From NCBI RefSeq assembly GCF_006345805.1, contig NC_043009.1, positions 2,232,001-2,296,000 on the forward strand: a DNA stretch of 64,000 nucleotides, written 5' to 3'. Of the stretch, positions 56,703 to 64,000 are shown piece after piece. The position numbers were made by a program, and so were the translations under genes. Under the pieces are notes generated by a model. That model did no database searches. It was not told the DNA's origin and saw only the letters and a list, made by a program, of their open reading frames with translations. Position 1 is the first letter of the stretch; each line of letters starts with the position of its first letter. The DNA is from Octopus sinensis (lineage: Eukaryota).

Positions 56703-57552
56703 TTTCTAACTAAATAATGAGACGAAATATCCTTATTTCAGTACGAGATGCATTTAAAATGTGCGGCAGTGTCCGACAGTGATTCACTCTTTCCAACTTT
56801 ATTTTTATTCCTCTTCCATCTGTTCTCTCGACTTAACTTTTCACAAAGGAGAATACGAGGTATATTTCGTGATTAAAACTGTGCTGCTGTAAAGGTAATT
56901 AAAGGGAGACAGCGAGCTATAAAGTCTTAAAATAAAAATCGAGTATTCAGTAATGATATACTTATTGGAATTCACTACACTATCTATCTATTAGTGCATA
57001 AGAACAAAAAATAATTATTCCTAATGTCTAAAGTTTCAAAACAAAATTCATAAAATATCAATTATAATTTATAATATTCTGCAAACATTATTACTTTCCA
57101 GCATATACGTGGTATGAAAAATGCTGGTAGATAAAAGAAGTTAAATATTTGTTTTGGTTAATTTTCAGTCATATATTCAGGGGACAAAGTCGTAAATAAA
57201 ATTAATTATTGGAAATAGATAATATATTCATATATCTGACAGGGTGTATGTGTGTCTATATATATACATCTGCGTATATATGCATACATAGATATAAACA
57301 CACATAGACACACACACACACATATATATTCGGGTAGCATTTAATTATTTCGAAATTAAGAGGATGGCTGCACATTTGGAGAAGGAATGCAGTCCATTAA
57401 GATCAACATTACTACTTCATTATTTTGCTTGGTTAATCGAAGCCCGGAAAGCGAATGTTAACATATATGACCATAAAAAAGAACGTACAGTAAAATCTAT
57501 AAACTATGAACTAGAAAAAAATCTATAATTATGTATATAGCTTCAGCCAGCG

Positions 57553-57945
<393 letters not shown>

Positions 57946-58194
57946 AATTATCATACAGTTCACCAAAAACGGGTATCAGTTTATGTTTGTTTGAAATCGT
58001 TAATTTATTTTGCAGAATGCAGAGTTATATGCTTTTCGTTATTAGTCATACACGACGCAATGTACATTCACTGTGTACACATATACGATTTGAAGTTAGT
58101 TTTAAAATTCTACCCGGAGTTGAGTCGATTTGAAACGAATAATTCGATTTTGAGACCAAAAAGTTTTGTTCATATATACATACATATATACATC

Positions 58195-58520
58195 TGAGAG
58201 CGCATAGCTCAGTGGTTAGAGCATCGGCATCACAATAATGCTGTAGCCTGTTGGATCCCTGGACTGAGCTCCGAGTAGTCTTCTTGAGTTAAGACACTTT
58301 AGTTCATGTTTTCCAAGTTCACTCATGAAATGATTTGCGACGTCACTGCGGTCAAGTGAGGCAGCCTTTGCTCTTGGATAACATTGCTGGCGTGGAGAGG
58401 TGAGGCTGGTATGCGTTGACGAGTGCTGCTCTTCCATAAACAATCTTACCAAGATTGTACCTTGGAGGGGAACATTATAGGTGCAAGCCCATGGTCATTC
58501 ATGACCGAGAGGTCCTTTAA
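58195..58520 (+). mobile_element. tRNA-derived SINE type C (diverged)
   Basis: gagagcgcatagctcagtggttagagc head; colinear with the reverse complement of 13521-13853. Confidence 0.75.
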
Positions 58521-58620
58521 CTCTTACCCTTTTTACATATATACATATATACGTGTGTGCATGGATATATGTATACACGTATACGTACACGCAAACACAC
58601 ATATTTATATATATATATAT

Positions 58621-58964
58621 ATATTAAATGTGAGGATAAAATTCTTTTCGAAAAAAGAATATTTTCTCGGAAAAAATTTTATAAATGGCCAGCATATTAA
58701 AAAATACCTTTAACGGTTAAATTTATAAATAATTCATAAATGAGGGCAAAGGAAAAAACATTCTAATGCCAAGTATGCCGAAAAATTGGACATATTGTCC
58801 ATTAACCATATAATTTTTTCACAATACGCACGCTGGAATTTTTAGAAATTTCTGTCGACCTTTTTTCGAGTAGCGTGCGTATTGTGAAAAAATTATATGG
58901 TTAATGGACAATATGTCCAATTTTTCGGCATATCTGGCATTAGAATATTTTTTCCTTTGCCTTC
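58621..58964. mobile_element. Foldback element with ~93-bp inverted arms
   Basis: Arms 58742-58834 and 58872-58964 with few mismatches and a 37-nt spacer; left extension matches 3168-3298. Confidence 0.7.
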
Positions 58965-59375
58965 AGAAGAAGTAATATACTCTTTTTATACCGCTCAGAG
59001 ATTTAAAATAGCTTATTTCCCTTTTTTCGAAACCAGTGACAATTGTCGCTGGAAAAAGCATGTAGCATTTTGCAAGTGGAAGGAGTTTTCATCATTAGCT
59101 GATGATTAACAGACGCTGAGGAAGGGTAACCACCCAGAAATTCGATCCTTGTTGTATCACATAAAGCTAGAGACGGAAGCGATGACCTCCTCTCGCAAAT
59201 ACTAATCGGGCAAAGAATGTGTGTTGTTAACTAGCTGGAGGAGATGTCTTCCTGGGGCTATAAACATCAGTATCACTGTACTGCATAGGACGCCACACTT
59301 AGTTGCCAGTTATATGCTATGATTCCGTATTGCTACTGTTTATATCCCGTTCAGAGATTTAATATCGCTATATAT

Positions 59376-59603
59376 GGGGCGATGAGCTGGCAGAAAGGTT
59401 AGCGCGCTGGGCGAAATGCATAGCGGTATTTCGTCTGCCGTTACGTTGTGAGTTCAAATTATGCCGAGGTCGACTTTGCCTTTCATCCTTCCGGAGTCGA
59501 TAAATAAAGTGCCAGTTTCGCACAGGGGTCGATGTAATCGACTTAATCCCTTTTTCTGTCCTTGTTTGTTCCCTCTATGTTTAGTCCCTTGGGGGCAGTA
59601 AAG

Positions 59604-59607
<4 letters not shown>
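59376..59607 (+). mobile_element. tRNA-derived SINE type B monomer, full length
   Basis: A-box-like tggcagaaaggttag, B-box-like gagttcaaatt, tail ...gggcagtaaagaaata. Confidence 0.9.
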
Positions 59608-59666
<59 letters not shown>

Positions 59667-59691
59667 TCTTTTTCTCTCTGTAACAACAAGT

Positions 59692-59860
59692 GTTGCTTAT
59701 GTACCCGTAAGTAAGCAGTTGAGCAAGGAGGACTGTCGGCATAAGTACCTGGCATTAAAGAATATATATATGGAGATGCATTGGCTCGACTAAACTCCTT
59801 TGGCACAGTGCTCCAGCATAGCCGTTGCCTAATGACTGAAAAAAGAAACAGATAAAAGAC
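59692..59860 (+). mobile_element. SINE type A, 3' portion (diverged)
   Basis: gtacccgtaa...gtgctccagcatagccg...aatgactgaa. Confidence 0.55.
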
Positions 59861-59967
59861 AATTCTGTAGCAGAAGACTGGATCAGAATTAGCAAAACTC
59901 ATAACATTTGAAAGAATATCGTCATCTTGAATGAAACTTGGGACTGAGAAAATCGGCATTTATATTA

Positions 59968-60186
59968 CGAGGGTTGCTGAACAATTCTTAGCTTTACAGG
60001 AATCGCGAAATGCCTGGCTGGAGGACTAACCTTCGGAGTTCTTTTACAGGGCTTAGAAAAATTGAAGCAACGCTGCAGTAAGTTTGTGAATCTGGGAGAG
60101 GAAAATGTTGAATAAAAAAATCATAATTAACTGATACTTCTTTATTTTCTTTTACTGAAACCCAGGAAATTTTCATGACTCCTTCG
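59968..60186 (+). mobile_element. Mariner-derived miniature element
   Basis: TA|CGAGGGTTGCTGAA left end, imperfect inverse ...TTCATGACTCCTTCG right end; internal remnant LQGLEKLKQRCSKFVNLGEENVE* resembles the mariner C-terminus. Confidence 0.65.
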
Positions 60187-61409
60187 TGTATACGGGACAA
60201 TAGAAAACAGGCTATATTGATAACTAAAATTATTCTGAAAGATCTGAATATATTACAAAACACTGCTTATAAAATAACTTTTCACGTATTATGAAGGAAT
60301 TCTTTGTTTACTTTCGTAAGTGAAATTGCAAATAGCCATAGGACAATAACCTCTTTAGAGCTTGTAGAATATAATGATTTTATTTTGGGGGAGAAGCCAA
60401 ATATTCACACTCTTCAATTCCTATAATAATGTAGAAATTGTAATGAATTCATTGAAGAAGTATCTGAATTGTGTGAAGCTATAAAAACCTAACTTACTGT
60501 TATGCGTAAATTTGTAGGAAATAATTTATTACTATGAAAATAAGTAAAATTCGACGACAGAATCTCGCGTCTAATAGATTAAACAACGAATTAAATAGAT
60601 TAGCAAATGTTAGCTTTAACATTCTTACATAAGAAAATATTAGTTATAAAATACTTACAGAAGCAACATAACTTTTGATTAAAGAAGACATCGGGAAAAG
60701 TCGCAAATATAAAACTAACAACAGCCAGTTGAAAACATTATAAAACTCAATATTAATGATTACAAACTGACCACAAAATGCTACCAAGTCTAGCTAAAAC
60801 ACTGATAGACACATTAATCATCGAAGAAAATCGATAAGAGACATACGGAACAGTTTTAGTGATATTGACATTACATTAGCTTCATGTGCAGAAGACCTAC
60901 TTCATAACATAAAAAAGAGATGAAGAGGACATAACATTCAAGTTAAAACAGTAAAATAAAATCTAAGTTGAAGAGTACCACTACCTTCAAAATATTGCTT
61001 ACACAGGTACAATGATAGAGAACATTTAAGATTACGAACGAAGCACTTCAATACACAATACAAGAAGAGAAACTATGTAGATATAACCTAGAAATTTACC
61101 GTTGCTAAAACGTCAATGCTACGCTATTTCAATATGGAGAATCTAAAGAAGATAACAACACGAACAAAACTCGAAATTGGACGAAATAATTACAAACAAT
61201 ACGTTCAGAAAATTTCGCTGAAAATCGTCAAATTTGACTGAAAATCGACCGCCGTAAAATATAGGCTAAGTTCGTGTAAACTTCGAAATAAATAACATTA
61301 AACAAGCAAAATAAAAACTAAAAGAAAAACATTGATTGCGAGAATATTTCCCTTTGATTTAGAAGCTAAGACAAATGATAAATATATAAAAGACAGAAAT
61401 TTATCAAAA

Positions 61410-62460
61410 CAACTTCAGGGAATGAGCAATTGCATTATTTTTCGTCATACTCCCCTTGCTTTTCTATGCACACCTCCCAACGGTTAACATCATTTCTTAA
61501 AATCTGTGTAACAAGTGTGCTAAGACGTCTTTCTGAAGCGCAGAAGCGTAATCGTGAGGAGACCTGTCAACGACTCCTCCACCGCTTCAGCGATAAAGAT
61601 CAATGTTTTTTGGAGAGAATACGCCGAAGTCAGTTGCCAAAAATATGTTATTCTTGCACGAAAATTCCTGTTTACATACTACAGGCGGCCACACCTTTGG
61701 AACAATTTCATCAGAGAAGATTTTCGGTTGGTCGCACAATCATTTATGCAACATTTGTTGCGCTTCTTAGTCCGTAGCAAATCGCGGACCTTGTACAAGG
61801 CGTTTAAGCTGTCCAACGCGGTGGTACCCGGAAGCGGTTAGACCTGAACTGTATACAGGCTGCTCCCACAGCTCAAAACCCAAATTCTCAATGATTTCAA
61901 TGGTAGGCATGCATTGCCGTGCAATAATTCAGAGTATTCTCTTCAAAAAGCTTCAACTCTATCGCTGTAGCGGCTCTATTAAGATTTCACAGATACCTGC
62001 ATGGCTCATAATTTTGCAGGTTTTTCGTGGATGATTTTGTTGGCAGAACCATGACTAACTTACAGAAAACATACCACCTCAACGAAGGTCACCAGTCGGT
62101 TTGCCATAACCCTCATCCGAGCTTTCTGAATCTTCACGTGAGTGGTGGAGTTTGATGGGCAACTTGCTACTACGTCATGTTTCACGCTTTCCCGTCCACT
62201 TCTATATCCAATCATGTACACTTCTGCGCGAAAGACCGCTAGCAGCATATTGCAATGGAAACCTGCGATAATCTTCAGTCACTAACACATCTTCAGACCA
62301 GAGAAATTTGATCACTAATATCTCGTCTTCGTTAGTGGAAATAGCCTGCTGAGCGGCCATGTTTATTGTGTAACATAAGAAAGAAACTCGACCGATGAAG
62401 GTATAACTACGGTTACAAACCACAAGTGCTGAAAACACAGTGGTTCAATTAAAATGTTGG
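61410..62460 (-). mobile_element. Decayed, internally rearranged mariner element
   Basis: Minus strand: VIKFLWSEDV...LSRRSVHDWI (HTH), EQPVYSSGLTASGYH (YSPDLAPSD remnant), NRWEVCIEKQGEYDEK*. Plus strand 61505-61730: LRRLSEAQKRNREETCQRLL...FLERI and LFLHENSCLHT (HDNARPH remnant). Confidence 0.75.
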
Positions 62461-63165
62461 TGGAAGTGAAGATAATTTATATATATGTACAGAGTGGATT
62501 TAATGTTATATTCGACCTCAACCAAGAAGGGAAATCATTCTTGACGGCAACCGACGAGGGAGTATGTATAAATATGTTAGAGACATTCAAATATCACTCT
62601 TCAGGAACACGATCTGGAAAAACTTAAAGCATAATACTAAACATTTATTACAGAACCTCTATGTGATCGGTGAACGTCTCTCAAAATATTTCAAAGTACT
62701 GTTAGAAGATCCTGAAAAAAAATCAACTGCAATATTCTACGCAAAGATATATATTTCTGCTTTCTATATCAGTAATAAAATACTGAATTCCAAATCTATT
62801 GGATCAGCATATGTCTAAAAAAACAATCAAGAAATCAATAAAATTTTGGCATCAAAATGTCTGCTAAAATCCACGAAAGCCTGCACAAATACTTACTGCG
62901 ATATGTGTAGAAGTAAATATGCGTGGAGGTGGCTTATGTACGAAGGAATCAATTACTAATTTAAAAAACAATGGAATGGGTTTAGTAAGTAATAGAATAA
63001 AACGAAAATAGCCAGAGCCCAATAAATCTTACGAGCAACGTGATTGAGATTCTAAATATAAGAACGTTTACCGAAGTTATATTAAAACAACAGTTTATGG
63101 CAAAGTAAACTAAAATATTAAGCGTAAAACGCATACATACATACATACATACATACATAAATACG

Positions 63166-63218
<53 letters not shown>

Positions 63219-63234
63219 TATATATATGAAATCA

Positions 63235-63400
63235 GTTCTGTCCGTCTGTGTGTGTGTCTTCTAGGATCTCGGCATCCTCCATTCGATTGCGCTCAAATTT
63301 GATATGTAGATATAGACGGTATTAGGGCGTGTATAAATCTTCAAAAATTGCAAAAATCGATTCCAGGTGAGAATGCCATCGATAAAGTGAATAAAATGTT
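63235..63400 (+). mobile_element. Possible non-autonomous Helitron/Helentron-like fragment
   Basis: gtccgtctgtgtgt...ccattcgattgcgctcaaatttgatatgt resembles, from recall only, DINE/HINE-like elements. Confidence 0.25.
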
Positions 63401-63581
63401 TTTTTTTTTTGGTGGGGGGGAATAGAAAAAAAAGTCTATCTTTATTTCTTCTTTTGCTGGTGTCTCAAATTTAGGTTAAATTAGTGTTTCTCAAAGGGAC
63501 GGTCGGACAAGTTGCTTTGATAAATTTGGTTTAAATGTTTGACAACTCAGCACCGTCCATTGGAAGGGGGGTGTTTTGCTC

Positions 63582-63625
<44 letters not shown>

Positions 63626-63879
63626 GTGTGTGTGTTTGTGTGTGACTCTGCTATTCCTGACTATTCCTGCATATTCATTGCACTTCTGAACGATATGCTA
63701 TGACGTAAAAGTTGTTTAAAAAGAAAACGTATTTAATATTGATGATTTGAGAACATGCGCAGTGCAATACCTTCCAACTTTTGCGTAACTGGAAGCTTGC
63801 CGTGAATAAATGCTTACTATTCGTTTACTAAAATTGTAAGTAAAATAGTTTGGCTGCAGTCATATATATATATATATGT

Positions 63880-63913
<34 letters not shown>

Positions 63914-63917
<4 letters not shown>

Positions 63918-64000
63918 AGGCACAATGGCTCAGTGGTTAGGACAGCAGACTCGCGGTCGTAGGAACGCGGTTTCGATTCCCAGAACGGGCCTTGTGTCTG
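63914..64000 (+). mobile_element. SINE type E head (truncated by window end)
   Basis: gtggaggcacaatggctcagtggttagg...ggtttcgattccc, matching 17646. Confidence 0.8.

Noticed and set aside
59376-59470. tRNA genes at SINE heads (also 5114, 17646, 20044, 25592, 58195)
   Set aside because: A/B-box-like motifs are present, but no complete cloverleaf was evident and each continues into a SINE body.

Overview
AT-rich, microsatellite-saturated animal genomic DNA, most likely a cephalopod (Octopus-like; inferred from the tRNA-headed SINE types and SSR load, not from a search). No intact protein-coding gene can be supported. Nearly all ORFs in the track are translations of (TA)n/(CA)n/(TAGA)n tracts or of a 184-bp tandem unit. 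Transposon content: three Penelope-like element (PLE) remnants, with a hammerhead-ribozyme-shaped motif downstream of each (core intact in one copy of a ~486-bp tandem repeat at 1.2-2.4 kb, decayed at 16.8 and 33.3 kb); a CR1/L2-type LINE 3' end; an RLE-type (R4/Dong-like) LINE 3' end; four mariner derivatives; three foldback hairpins; and about 20 tRNA-derived SINE copies of about five types. The dominant structure is a 16.7-kb array (39981-56702) of about 90 x 184-bp units. Each unit is the body and tail of a SINE. The array lies between one SINE head and one SINE tail, is flanked by an apparent target-site duplication, and has two homogenised sub-blocks that differ by about 15%.
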